32,000 bases of DNA, taken from NCBI GenBank assembly GCA_963750295.1, contig CAVVPY010000001.1, positions 1,542,782-1,574,781 of the forward strand, given 5' to 3'. Numbering within the stretch: the stretch's first letter is position 1; every line of letters starts with the position of its first letter. This DNA comes from an uncultured Actinomycetota bacterium. Lineage in GTDB: Bacteria > Actinomycetota > Actinomycetes > Mycobacteriales > Jatrophihabitantaceae. The notes beneath the pieces were generated by a model that saw nothing but the letters and a program-made list of their open reading frames with translations, did not search any database and was not told where the DNA came from. This document shows, piece by piece, positions 10,110 to 20,438 of the stretch. Both the position numbers and the translations under genes were made by a program.

Positions 10110-10448
10110 TCAGGCGGGCGTCAGCGCGACGTCGCCGCCGCGCGTCTCGGCGTGCACCTCGAAGCGCATGGACGTGGCCTCGGCCATGCACTCGCGCATC
10201 GGGCGCACAAGGGTGCGGTGCGACGGGTCGCTCTCCCACGCCTCGAAGTGGGCGAGCGAGGTCCACTCGCTGGTGATGAGCCACTGCTCCGGGTCCTGCG
10301 CCGACCGACAGACCTGATCGACCACATGCCCGTCGACGCCGTTGGCGACGACGTAGCGGATCTGCTGGTAGGCAGCCAGGAACTCGTCAGTACGTGCTGC
10401 CGGGACACGGATCAGGAAGACGATGCGGGCGCTCGCACGGTCGTTCAT
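10110..10448 (-). CDS. Antibiotic biosynthesis monooxygenase (ABM) domain protein
   Basis: 112-aa: ARIVFLIRVPAARTDEFLAAYQQIRYVVANGVDGHVVDQVCRSAQDPEQWLITSEWTSLAHFEAWESDPSHRTLVRPM; start overlaps the CLF stop by 4 nt. Confidence 0.85.
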   Translation of the reverse strand: MNDRASARIVFLIRVPAARTDEFLAAYQQIRYVVANGVDGHVVDQVCRSAQDPEQWLITSEWTSLAHFEAWESDPSHRTLVRPMRECMAEATSMRFEVHAETRGGDVALTPA

Positions 10449-11695
10449 CGGTGGGCTCCTGCCGGGTCGGCTTCGCGCGGGGCGGTCAGCACGAGCGCGG
10501 AGTTGAACCCGTCGAACCCGCGGGCCCCGACCAGTGCGGTCGTGACGGGCGCGTCGACGGTGGCCGGGACGAAGGCGAGATCGCAATCCGGCGCCGGGTC
10601 GGCCGGGACGTAGGACCCGAGCATCGCGCCGCGATCGATGCTGAGCACGGCCTCCGCGGCGTCCAGCGCGCTGCCGCCCTGGTACAGCCTGCCGATCAGC
10701 GGCTTGTGCGTGCTCACGGGCACGTCGCGTCCTCTGAAGACCGAGTGCAGCGCAGCGGCCTCTGCCTGGTCGGCGTCGGGGACTCCGGCCGCATCGGGCA
10801 CCACGACGTCGACGTCGTCGGGGGTGACGCCGGCACGTTCGAGCGCCTGCTCCATGGCGCGGGCATAGTGGTTCGGCCAGGGGGCGCCTCGGGTGCCGGT
10901 GTGCGTCCCGTCGTGGGTCGCCGCGGCGCCCGCGAGCTCGGCGTAGATGTGCGCGCCGCGCGCGATCGCGTGGTCGCGGTCCTCGACCACGAAGACCGCG
11001 CCCCCCTCGCCCGGCACCCACCCGGTGGCGTTGCGATCGAAGGGCCGGTAGACGTCGGTGGCGCCGCGACTCGTCGCCAGCCGGCCGTGCGCGAGCTGGC
11101 AGGTCAGGGCGTAGGGCGACAGCGGGGCCTCGACGGCGCCCGCAAGCACGATCGGCGTTCCCCGGCGGACCGTCCGGGCGGCATGGGCCAGGCTGTCGAG
11201 CCCGCCGGCCGCCTCGGACACCACGACGGAACTCGGCCCCTTGGCCTGGTATGCGATCGAGACCTGCCCGACCGTGGCCGCGTAGAACCAGGCGATCGAT
11301 TGGTAGGCGCCGACGGTGCGTGCCGGGTCGGCCCAGAGTCGTTGCAGTTCGACCTGACCGAACTCGTTGCCTGCACTGGAGCTGGCCATGACGACGGCAA
11401 CGTCCGTCGGCGGGTGCTCGGACAGGTCCAGTTCGGCGTCACGCAGCGCCTGCCCGGTTGCCGACAGCCCGAGCCACGTCCAGCGGTCGGTCTGCACCGC
11501 GATCCGGCTTTCCACGTGCGACCGGACGTCCTCGCGGACTTCGCCGGCGACCTGGAGCGGATACTGGTCGGCGTCGAACCGGGTGATCCGGTCGATGCAG
11601 GATCGGCCCGCGGACACGGTGTCCCAGTGCTCGGCCGCGCCCGCACCGCTCGGGGCCAGGATCCCCACGCCGGTGATGACGGCTCCGGCGCTCAT
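10445..11695 (-). CDS. Type II PKS ketosynthase beta subunit / chain length factor
   Basis: KS-fold ORF starting [17 protein letters not shown]; Cys replaced ([20 protein letters not shown]); CLF-like [20 protein letters not shown] and [16 protein letters not shown]. Adjacent to KS-alpha with ATGA overlap. Confidence 0.95.
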   Translation of the reverse strand: MSAGAVITGVGILAPSGAGAAEHWDTVSAGRSCIDRITRFDADQYPLQVAGEVREDVRSHVESRIAVQTDRWTWLGLSATGQALRDAELDLSEHPPTDVAVVMASSSAGNEFGQVELQRLWADPARTVGAYQSIAWFYAATVGQVSIAYQAKGPSSVVVSEAAGGLDSLAHAARTVRRGTPIVLAGAVEAPLSPYALTCQLAHGRLATSRGATDVYRPFDRNATGWVPGEGGAVFVVEDRDHAIARGAHIYAELAGAAATHDGTHTGTRGAPWPNHYARAMEQALERAGVTPDDVDVVVPDAAGVPDADQAEAAALHSVFRGRDVPVSTHKPLIGRLYQGGSALDAAEAVLSIDRGAMLGSYVPADPAPDCDLAFVPATVDAPVTTALVGARGFDGFNSALVLTAPREADPAGAHR

Positions 11696-12966
11696 CGCGA
11701 GCCTCCCAGCGCGGTGAAGATCATCGCGGACTGGAAGCCACCGAAGCCGCTGCCGACGGACAGCGCTGCCCGTACCGACCACTCGCGTGCAGTGACCGGG
11801 ACGTAGTCGAGGTCGCACTCGGGATCGGCCACGGCGAGATTCGCCGTGGGCGGCACCACGCCGTACTCGACGGCGAGAGCGCAGGCGGCCATCTCGATGG
11901 AGCCGATCGCGCCCAGCGAGTGCCCGATCATCGACTTGATCGAACTCATCGGCGTCCGGTAGGCGTGTTCGCCCAGCGAGCGCTTGACCGCCGCCGTCTC
12001 GTGCCGATCGTTCTGCTTGGTTCCTGATCCGTGCGCGCTGATGTAGGAGATCTCGTCGGGATTGAGCCGCGCCTGGTGCAGCGCCTCGTCGATCGCCAGC
12101 GACATCTCCACGCCATCCGGACGAAGCCCCGTCATGTGGTAGGCGTTGCCACGACCGGCGTAACCGGCCACCTCGCAGTAGATGTGCGCGCCGCGTGCCC
12201 TCGCGTGCTCGTACTCCTCGAGAACCAGGACGGCGGCCCCCTCGCCCATCACGAAGCCGGACCGCCTCCGGTCGAACGGCTTCGAGGCGTGCTCGGGGTC
12301 GTCGTTGTCGGGCGTGGTCGCCCGGATCGCGTCGAACGAGGCGGCCGAGATCGGCGAGATCGGCGAATCGGACGCGCCGGCGATCACCACGTCCGCCTCA
12401 CCGTCCTGCACGAGGTGATGGGCGTAGCCGATCGCGTCGATGCCAGACGTGCATCCGTTCGAGACGACCTGAACCGGGCCGTGGGCGCCGAACCTGACCG
12501 CGACGTCGGCGGCCAGACTCGACGGCACGAGCGCCTGGTACAGGAAGCGCCCGGCGTAGTCGGCGTCCACCAGCCAGTCCCGGCCGCGGTCGCTGACGAC
12601 GACGAACTCGTCCTCGAGGCGCGTGGTGCCGCCGACGGCCGTGCCCAGGACGACCCCGGTGGACAGCGCGGTCGCCCCGTCGAACTCGAGCCCACTGTCC
12701 TCGACCGCTTCGAGCGCACCGGCCAGCGCGAACTGGATGTAGCGGTCCGAGCGGGCGACCTCGCGCGGTGACAAGCCGGCCTCGGCCGGGTCGAAGTCGC
12801 ACTCGGCACCGACCTGCGAGCGGAACGGCGCCGGGTCGAACAGCGAGATCCGCCTGGTTGCGGTACGTCCCTCGGTGATCGTCGACCAGAAGGCCTTGCG
12901 ATTCACCCCGCCCGGCGCGACGACGCCGACGCCGGTGACGACCGTGCGCCGGTTGTCGACCGTCAC
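11692..12966 (-). CDS. Type II PKS ketosynthase alpha subunit
   Basis: 424 aa with [20 protein letters not shown] (active Cys), [38 protein letters not shown] and [13 protein letters not shown]. Confidence 0.97.
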   Translation of the reverse strand: MTVDNRRTVVTGVGVVAPGGVNRKAFWSTITEGRTATRRISLFDPAPFRSQVGAECDFDPAEAGLSPREVARSDRYIQFALAGALEAVEDSGLEFDGATALSTGVVLGTAVGGTTRLEDEFVVVSDRGRDWLVDADYAGRFLYQALVPSSLAADVAVRFGAHGPVQVVSNGCTSGIDAIGYAHHLVQDGEADVVIAGASDSPISPISAASFDAIRATTPDNDDPEHASKPFDRRRSGFVMGEGAAVLVLEEYEHARARGAHIYCEVAGYAGRGNAYHMTGLRPDGVEMSLAIDEALHQARLNPDEISYISAHGSGTKQNDRHETAAVKRSLGEHAYRTPMSSIKSMIGHSLGAIGSIEMAACALAVEYGVVPPTANLAVADPECDLDYVPVTAREWSVRAALSVGSGFGGFQSAMIFTALGGSR

Positions 12967-13385
12967 GGCGTCACCGCCTGGGCCATGAGCGCCGCGGCCT
13001 CCTCCTTGGTCTCGGTGTCGACGTGACCCAGGTCGGGGCGGGGTGCGAGCGGGCCGCAGTGGAACACGGCGCGCGCAGTCGTTGCGTGCGGGTTGCGCAG
13101 CCGGTGCCGGACGAATTTCGGCACCATCACGGCCTCGTCGACCTCGAGTCGGCGCGACTCGCCGTCGAGGTCGATATCGAGGGTGCCCTCGATGACGCAG
13201 AGGAACTCCTCCGAGTACGGGTGGTAGTGCTCGGCCACCGCCTCGCCGGGCTCGACGATGACGATGCCCATGAACCCGGACGTGCTGGCGACAGTTGCCG
13301 GGCCGAGCAGGACGCGGACGTCTCCGCCGCGGCGCGTGTTGTGCGGCGCGGACGAGAGCCCGACGGTCGGGACGGTGGTCGACAT
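12963..13385 (-). CDS. Cupin-domain polyketide tailoring/cyclase protein (WhiE ORFII/RemF-like)
   Basis: 140-aa cupin: [29 protein letters not shown]...[15 protein letters not shown]; immediately upstream of KS-alpha. Confidence 0.88.
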   Translation of the reverse strand: MSTTVPTVGLSSAPHNTRRGGDVRVLLGPATVASTSGFMGIVIVEPGEAVAEHYHPYSEEFLCVIEGTLDIDLDGESRRLEVDEAVMVPKFVRHRLRNPHATTARAVFHCGPLAPRPDLGHVDTETKEEAAALMAQAVTP

Positions 13386-13400
13386 GATGGTGTGCCTCTC

Positions 13401-14118
<718 letters not shown>

Positions 14119-14122
<4 letters not shown>

Positions 14123-15483
14123 GCTGCTTCCTCCTTTGGGTTGCACATCCGGTCGACGAGACCGGTGCTGTGGGTTGCCGTGCTGAACTGTGGATGCGCG
14201 AGAACGTCACGCAGGAACGGGATCGTGGTGCGGACGCCCGGACCGTCGACGGCGAACTCGGCCAGCGCGCGGTCCATCCGGTCGATGGCCTGGACCCGGT
14301 CCGGGGCCCAGGTCACCACCTTCGCGATGAGCGAGTCGTAATGGGGACCGAGGACGTAGCCGGGGTAGGCATGCGTGTCCACGCGGATGAAGGGACCGCC
14401 CGGTACGTCGAAGCGCTCGAGCCGGCCGGGCGTGGGCAGGAAACCGCGCGCGGGATCCTCGCCGTTGACGCGGCATTCGACGGCGTGCCCGGCGAAGGTG
14501 ACATCGGCCTGGCGGTAGGGCAACGGCCGTCCGGCAGCGGCGAGGATCTGCTCCCGGACGAGGTCGAAGCCGGTGATCATCTCGGTGACCGTGTGCTCGA
14601 CCTGGATGCGGGTGTTGATCTCCATGAAGTAGTAGCGGCCCTGGCCGTCGAGCAGGAACTCGAACGTCCCGACGCCGGTGTAACCGACGGCGAGGGCCGC
14701 CCGCAGCGCAGCCTCGTTGATTTCGCGCGAGGTCTCGGGCGACAGGTCCGGAGCGGGCGCCTCCTCGACGAGCTTCTGGTGGCGTCGCTGGACCGAGCAG
14801 TCGCGCGTACCCAGCCAGACGCCGTTCCCGTGCTCGTCGCACAGAACCTGCACCTCGATGTGCCGCGCGTCGGCCAGGTAGCGCTCGGCGTACACGCGCT
14901 CGTCGCCGAACACCGAGGCCGCCGTACTGCGGGCCCGAGTGAATGCCTCGGTCAGGTTCTCGCGACGCTCGACGACCGCCATCCCCTTGCCGCCGCCGCC
15001 GGCCACCGCCTTGATGATGACGGGGAACCCGATCTCGTCGACGACCTCGTGCAATTGCGCCGCACCGGTCAGCGGCTCGACCACGCCGGGCAGAAGGGGA
15101 AGCCCCTCGGCCGACATGATCTGCCGCGCGGCGGACTTGTCGCCGAGGCGTCCGATCAGGCCAGGCTCGGGGCCGATGAACGTCAGCCCGTACTCGGCGC
15201 ACATCTCAGCGAAGTCAGGATCCTCGGAGAGGAACCCATAGCCCGGATGGACGCCGTCTGCGCCGGTCTGCAACGCGGCCTCGACGACCGCGGCGTGATT
15301 CTGGTAGCTGCGACGGCTGGGGGCCGGCCCGATGTGCACGACGTGGTCGAAGTGCCGCGCCTGCCTCGGGTCGAGGTCGGGCGTGGACGCGACCCCGACG
15401 GTCTCGATGCCCATCTCGGCGCACGTCCGGGCCACCCGCAGCGCGATCTCGCCGCGGTTGGCGATGAGGATCCGCTCGAACAC
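14119..15483 (-). CDS. accC: Acetyl-CoA carboxylase biotin carboxylase subunit
   Basis: 454 aa, GTG start: FERILIANRGEIALRVARTCAEMGIETVGV, HPGYGFLSEDPDFA, GGGGKGMAVV, FLLDGQGRYYFMEINTRIQVEHTVTEMITGFDLV. Confidence 0.95.
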
Positions 15484-15486
15484 GGC

Positions 15487-16056
15487 TCAGCCCTCCTCGA
15501 CCGAATCGGGACGGATGCGCACCAGCGGCTGGTCGAACTCGACCGGGGCACCATCGCCGACGAGGACGTCGAGGACCTCACCGGAGATCTCGGCCTCGAT
15601 GTTGTTCAGCAGTTTCATCGCCTCGACGATCCCGATGGTCTGGCCGGCCGCGACGCACTGGCCGACCTCGACGAACGGCGGCTCACCGGGGCTCGGGGCG
15701 CGGTAGAACGTCCCGACCATCGGGGACCTGACGGCGACACCATCGACCGACACGTCCTCGGGGACGACCGTCGGCTGAGCAGCGACAACGTGCGGGGACA
15801 CGGCTTCCACCGGGACCGCGGGCGCCACCGATGGGACCGGCACGGCGACAGCCGCCGTGGTGCCGAAACCGCCGACGGGAGCAGGCGCAGGATGTTCCCA
15901 CTCGACCTCGACGACGACGTCGCCCGACGACAGCCGCACACGACGCAGCGGTCCGTCCACGTCCTGGGCGAGAGCACGCAACTCCTCGCCCAGGCGCAGC
16001 AGCGCGTCCTGCTCGCCGGCGTTGCTCGCTCGGTTCTCCGCCGTCGCGGTCATCAC
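15487..16056 (-). CDS. accB: Biotin carboxyl carrier protein of acetyl-CoA carboxylase
   Basis: 189 aa with [51 protein letters not shown] (biotinylation EAMK). Confidence 0.95.
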   Translation of the reverse strand: MMTATAENRASNAGEQDALLRLGEELRALAQDVDGPLRRVRLSSGDVVVEVEWEHPAPAPVGGFGTTAAVAVPVPSVAPAVPVEAVSPHVVAAQPTVVPEDVSVDGVAVRSPMVGTFYRAPSPGEPPFVEVGQCVAAGQTIGIVEAMKLLNNIEAEISGEVLDVLVGDGAPVEFDQPLVRIRPDSVEEG

Positions 16057-17795
16057 GCCACCGCTTCCTCGGGATCGGTCGAGAGTGCAGCCGCGCCGTC
16101 GTGGACCACGGTCACGGCGATGTCACCGGTATCCCGGAACCGGGCGCGGCGCACGCGCACCAGCGTGGCGCTGTCCTGCGCGCACAGGACGTCGATGGCT
16201 CGCGACACCGCGGCGTGCAGACTCGACACCATCGCAGTCGGATCGAGCGCGCTCCCCCGACCGTCGACGTCCGGCTCGGGCAGCACCCCGTCGATGACGC
16301 CCAGCTCGAGCAGTTCGCGGGCGCTGATGTGCAACGCCCGAGCGGCCTCCGGCGCCTTCGCCGCGTCGGACCACAGGATGGCCGAACAACCCTCCGGACT
16401 GATCACCGAGTAGACGGAGTGCTCGAACATGAACACGCGGTCGGCGACAGCGAGCGCCAGCGCACCACCGCTCCCGCCCTCGCCGGTCACGACGGTGACA
16501 ACCGGAACCCGCAGCTCGAACATCGCGGCGATGCTGTCGGCGATGGCGAAGGACTGTCCGCGTTCCTCGGCGACCCGCCCGGGGTACGCGCCCGGGGTGT
16601 CGACCAGGGTGACGATCGGCAGGCCCAACTGGTCGGCCAGGCGCATCAGCCGCAGCGCCTTGCGGTACCCGTCGGCGTCGGGCATCCCGAACTGGCGCGC
16701 GACGAGCTCGCGCGTCGAATGACCCTTCTGATGGCCGATGACCATGACCGCGCGGCCGTCCAGTTGGGCAAAGCCGCCGACAATGGCGGGGCAGTCGGAG
16801 TTGCTGCGGTCACCATGGAGTTCGACGAAGCCGGTGAAGACGTGCGAGAGGTAGTCCAGAGTGGTCGGCCGGTCGGTGTTTCTCGCCTGGGCGACTACGG
16901 CCCACGGGTCGACGACGCGGACGTGCTCAGGGGCGGTGATCACACCGTCGCCCGTGTCGACACGTCTCGGACCGCGAGCCGGGCGCGCGGTCACCGTCTG
17001 CAGCAGCCGGGCGAGCCACGGGCGCAGTTCGTGCCGGTGCACAACCTGATCGACGTGGCCGTGCTCGAGCAGGAACGGGGCGGTCTGGAAGTCCTCGGGC
17101 AGGTGCTCGCGGATCGTCTGGGCAATCACGCGACGCCCCGCGAAGCCCATCCGTGCGTCCTTCTCGGCGACGACGACGTCGCAACTGGTGGCGAAGGATG
17201 CAGCGACCCCGCCGAAGGTCGGATCGGCGACCACGCTGACGGTGAGCAGCCCGGCCTCGCGCAGCGCGACGAGCGCTTGGCTGACCTTCGCCATCTGCAG
17301 CAGCGCAATCGTGCCCTCCTGCATGCGCGCCCCGCCTGACGACGTGACCAGCACCAGTTGGCGATGCTCGTCGACGCACAACTCGGCGACCCGGGTGATC
17401 GCCTCGCCGACGGCCGCGCCGAGACTGCCGCCCATGAAGTCGAACTCCATCACCGCGATGCCGATCGCCACGCCCCCGAGGTCGGCGCGGCCGGCCAGCA
17501 CCGCGTCGTCGAGGCCGGTGCTGCGACGCGCGGATTCGAGCCGGTCCCGGTACGGCTTCGAATCGACGAAGCCCAGCACGTCGGTGGCGCGCACTCGCTC
17601 GGCCAGGGGTTCGAAAGTCCCGGAGTCAACCAGCGTCTCGACGCGGCGCGCCGCGCTGAGGCGGCAGTGCCGGTCGCACTCGGGGCAGACCGCGAGGTTG
17701 CGGCGCCACCGCTTGCCGTAGTGCAGCGCGCCGCAGCCAGCGCAGCGGATCCACGCCTCGGTCGAGGATTCGGGTCGAGCTTGCAGCGCGGTCAT
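16053..17795 (-). CDS. Fused acetyl-CoA carboxylase carboxyltransferase (AccD zinc-ribbon half + AccA half)
   Basis: 580 aa from ATG 17795. N-half: [23 protein letters not shown] zinc ribbon and [17 protein letters not shown]; C-half: [66 protein letters not shown]. Confidence 0.93.
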   Translation of the reverse strand: MTALQARPESSTEAWIRCAGCGALHYGKRWRRNLAVCPECDRHCRLSAARRVETLVDSGTFEPLAERVRATDVLGFVDSKPYRDRLESARRSTGLDDAVLAGRADLGGVAIGIAVMEFDFMGGSLGAAVGEAITRVAELCVDEHRQLVLVTSSGGARMQEGTIALLQMAKVSQALVALREAGLLTVSVVADPTFGGVAASFATSCDVVVAEKDARMGFAGRRVIAQTIREHLPEDFQTAPFLLEHGHVDQVVHRHELRPWLARLLQTVTARPARGPRRVDTGDGVITAPEHVRVVDPWAVVAQARNTDRPTTLDYLSHVFTGFVELHGDRSNSDCPAIVGGFAQLDGRAVMVIGHQKGHSTRELVARQFGMPDADGYRKALRLMRLADQLGLPIVTLVDTPGAYPGRVAEERGQSFAIADSIAAMFELRVPVVTVVTGEGGSGGALALAVADRVFMFEHSVYSVISPEGCSAILWSDAAKAPEAARALHISARELLELGVIDGVLPEPDVDGRGSALDPTAMVSSLHAAVSRAIDVLCAQDSATLVRVRRARFRDTGDIAVTVVHDGAAALSTDPEEAVA

Positions 17796-18124
17796 ACCAG
17801 CTGCCCTCCGGGGGTCCAGTCGTAGAAGCAGCGAGCCTGGGCGTCCGCCGGGGACTGCCAGTTCTCCAGGTAGGGGCTGATGTGCGGGCGCAGCGCCTCG
17901 CTCACCCGTGCGAACTCGGCGTGGGTGCGGACGGACTCGACGGCCTGGGCGCCGGGACGTTCGGTCTCGAGCAGGTGCACGTACAGGTCGGACAGGCGGT
18001 AGAGCGAGCGACGTCGCACCCCGGCGATGTTTGGCAGTTCGGTCGAGTCGGAATCGCCGAAGATGCGGGCGACCTCGGCCTCCGAGTCCGGCTTGATGCG
18101 GGCGATGATCAGCGATCGGTTCAT
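17792..18124 (-). CDS. TcmI-family type II polyketide cyclase
   Basis: 110 aa: MNRSLIIARIKPDSEAEVARIFGDSDSTELPNIAGVRRRSLYRLSDLYVHLLE...CFYDWTP. Confidence 0.92.
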   Translation of the reverse strand: MNRSLIIARIKPDSEAEVARIFGDSDSTELPNIAGVRRRSLYRLSDLYVHLLETERPGAQAVESVRTHAEFARVSEALRPHISPYLENWQSPADAQARCFYDWTPGGQLV

Positions 18125-18248
18125 CTGGGCCTCTCGTGACTCTGCGGTGGCGCCGGGGGCGGCTGCGCTCCGAATCGGGTGCTGAACCAATCTGCGAGGG
18201 GAGGTGTCCCGACGTCGTGATGTACCGATCACCGCAGCGCTGGGAAGT

Positions 18249-18274
18249 GGTCACGTGCCCTGGTCAGGTCACGT
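18249..18274. promoter_or_regulatory. Direct repeat GGTCACGT x2 with 18-bp periodicity upstream of the PKS core operon
   Basis: ggtcacgtgccctggtcaggtcacgtccc in the intergenic region between the TcmI cyclase start (18124) and the response regulator end (18406). Confidence 0.4.
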
Positions 18275-18405
18275 CCCGGCCGATGGCATCGCTTCGGGGG
18301 TTAGGCGGGGACGCGATCCAGGACGTGGCACCGGAAACCACGGAGAACCCCGCACGGACGGCAGGGAACATCACCGCGCGTCGGCGGTGAGCAGGTCAGG
18401 CGCTA

Positions 18406-19077
18406 CTAGCTGCCGAGGCCCTGACGGCGGGCCAGGACCGCGGCCTCGGTGCGGTCGACCAGTTGCAGCTTGGTGAAGATGCGCGAGAGGTAGTTGCGTA
18501 CCGTCTTGATGGAGAGTCCGAGCTCCTTGGCGATCGCCGCATTGCCGCGACCGTCGGCCACAAGTTCGAGCACCGCCCGCTCGCGCTCGGTGAGTTCGGG
18601 GAACGGCTTGGCCGTGTTCGGTGGGGCGACCAGGTGTTCGATGACCCAGTTCCCAGCCTGCGAGTCGAACTGCAGCCCGCCGTACTGGACGGTCTCGATC
18701 GCTCGGCAGATGTCCTCGATCGAGGAGCCCTTGAGCAGGTATCCCCTGGCACCAGCGCGCACCGCAGACATGAATACGTCGCGATCGTCGCTCATGGTCA
18801 CGACGATCACCGAAATCGACGGGAAGCGGGAATGGATGATCCGCGTGGCCTCGATGCCGGTCATGTCGGGCAGGTGAACGTCCATGAGCACGAGGTCCGG
18901 ACGGGTACGGTCGCACTCCCGAACCGCCTCGGCGCCGGACCCGGCTTCGGCGACGACGCGCAACTGCGCCTGGGCATCGAGCAGCGACCGCAGTCCTGAC
19001 CGGAAGACGGGGTGGTCGTCGGCGACAAGGATCTCGATCACCTCGGAGTCCCGCTCGGCTCCTACCGTTCTGGTCAT
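18406..19077 (-). CDS. NarL/FixJ-type response regulator
   Basis: EILVADDHPVFRSGLRSLL, DLVLMDVHLPDMTGIEAT, YLLKGSS, C-terminal LTERERAVLELVADGRGNAAIAKELGLSIKTVRNYLSRIFTKL. Confidence 0.95.
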   Translation of the reverse strand: MTRTVGAERDSEVIEILVADDHPVFRSGLRSLLDAQAQLRVVAEAGSGAEAVRECDRTRPDLVLMDVHLPDMTGIEATRIIHSRFPSISVIVVTMSDDRDVFMSAVRAGARGYLLKGSSIEDICRAIETVQYGGLQFDSQAGNWVIEHLVAPPNTAKPFPELTERERAVLELVADGRGNAAIAKELGLSIKTVRNYLSRIFTKLQLVDRTEAAVLARRQGLGS

Positions 19078-19838
19078 CGCTGATCCACCGAGTCCGGTCT
19101 GAGCGGAAGCCTTGCTGCGACGCGGAACCCGCCGCCCGCCACGGGAAGTGCGGTGCAGGTGCCGCCGAGTTCACGCGCCCGGCCGAACATGTTCTCGAGC
19201 CCTTGCCCCGTCGCCGGGACCGTCGCGGGAGTGGGTGCATCGTCGACGACGCTCAGTTGGATCGAGGTGTCATCGACGAGACACGCTACCCACGCGCGGT
19301 GGGCGTCGGCGTGCCGGAACACATTGGTCAACGCCTCACGGATGATCCAGAATGACGCGGCGGCAACGCGGGATGGCAGGCGCTCCAAGTCTCCGCGAAC
19401 GCGCAGCGCGATCAGGGGTGATCCGCCGAGCGCACGGTTCATCCGCTCGATCATCTCGGTGAGCACCGTACGAAGCGGAAGGTGGCCGGCGTCTGCGCGC
19501 GGACGTGTCTGCGGGCTCGTCGAGGACAGCTCGCGAGCGCGCCCGACGATCGCCTGGGCCTCGTGCACGGCTAGCTCGACATGGTCGCGCGCACGGACCG
19601 AATCGCGGTCGAGGACGCTGAGTGCAGCTTGCAACTGGGTGAGAACGGCGGCCGCACAAGACCCGATCTGATCGTGGACGTCGCGGCGCAGGGTGCGCAG
19701 TTCGTCGTCGTGGCTGCAGCCGCTGCCATCGGTCCAGGACGAGACCGCCTGGACGGACGTCGCAGCGTCAGGTCGTGATCCCGCCGACCGAGCGGTCATG
19801 GGCACGGCGTGGCTCCCACTGGCATTCGGTGACTGCAC
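19074..19838 (-). CDS. Soluble NarL-partner type histidine kinase
   Basis: H-box RDVHDQIGSCAAAVL, N-box REALTNVFRHADAH, G-box GQGLENMFGRARELGG. Start inferred at GTG 19838 behind an AGGAGA-like site; the ORF frame stays open to 20012. Confidence 0.8.
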   Translation of the reverse strand: MQSPNASGSHAVPMTARSAGSRPDAATSVQAVSSWTDGSGCSHDDELRTLRRDVHDQIGSCAAAVLTQLQAALSVLDRDSVRARDHVELAVHEAQAIVGRARELSSTSPQTRPRADAGHLPLRTVLTEMIERMNRALGGSPLIALRVRGDLERLPSRVAAASFWIIREALTNVFRHADAHRAWVACLVDDTSIQLSVVDDAPTPATVPATGQGLENMFGRARELGGTCTALPVAGGGFRVAARLPLRPDSVDQR

Positions 19839-20298
19839 GTGTGCTTCTCCTCGACGACTGTGGTCGCGGCGGCCGGGTGGCCTGAGACTCAGACCCGCGA
19901 TCGCGGCGTTTCGTAACGGCAGCACCACCCATCCGATCGAGCGGGCCACATCCAACGGTCCTCGATGCGAGACCTCCGGCTCGCACATCAGCCTCGATGG
20001 GGCAAGCGGCACTTTATACCGTTTCGCCCGTTTAGAGGGTAGATATGTTTTCGCGCTCCGACAACCCCACTCAGCTCAGTGCAAGGTGACGGCCGCGAGC
20101 GCGAGGTGTGCGAGCGGTCGGTGCACACGCGTGGACCCGCCGGCGGGCGTCCCACGTCGCCGGCCCACGACCGGGCATCGGCCCGGGACGGCTGACGAAC
20201 GAACCCGTGCGGGTGGGAAGCCGTCCCGATCCGCCCGCTTCGGTCACCGGCCCCATCCGCCCATCGAGCCTCGATCCCCCTTCTGGGACACGCGTCCG

Positions 20299-20339
20299 CG
20301 CGTTCGTCCCGGCCCGCTAGGACAGCCGGGACGAACGCG
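20299..20339. repeat. Perfect 15-bp inverted repeat with 11-nt spacer (CGCGTTCGTCCCGGC-ccgctaggaca-GCCGGGACGAACGCG)
   Basis: Read directly; right arm is the exact reverse complement of the left arm. Confidence 0.95.
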
Positions 20340-20438
20340 TCACCGGGCTTGTCGCCGCCGAAAACCCGTCGTTAAGTTCCCAACGACAACAGCACAAACC
20401 GGATGAATCGGCCCGAATGGGCCGGACGGAGGACGGCG

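Noticed and set aside
14170-16413. 747-aa plus-strand ORF opposite accC/accB
   Set aside because: Antisense shadow ORF of intact ACC genes; no recognisable motif.
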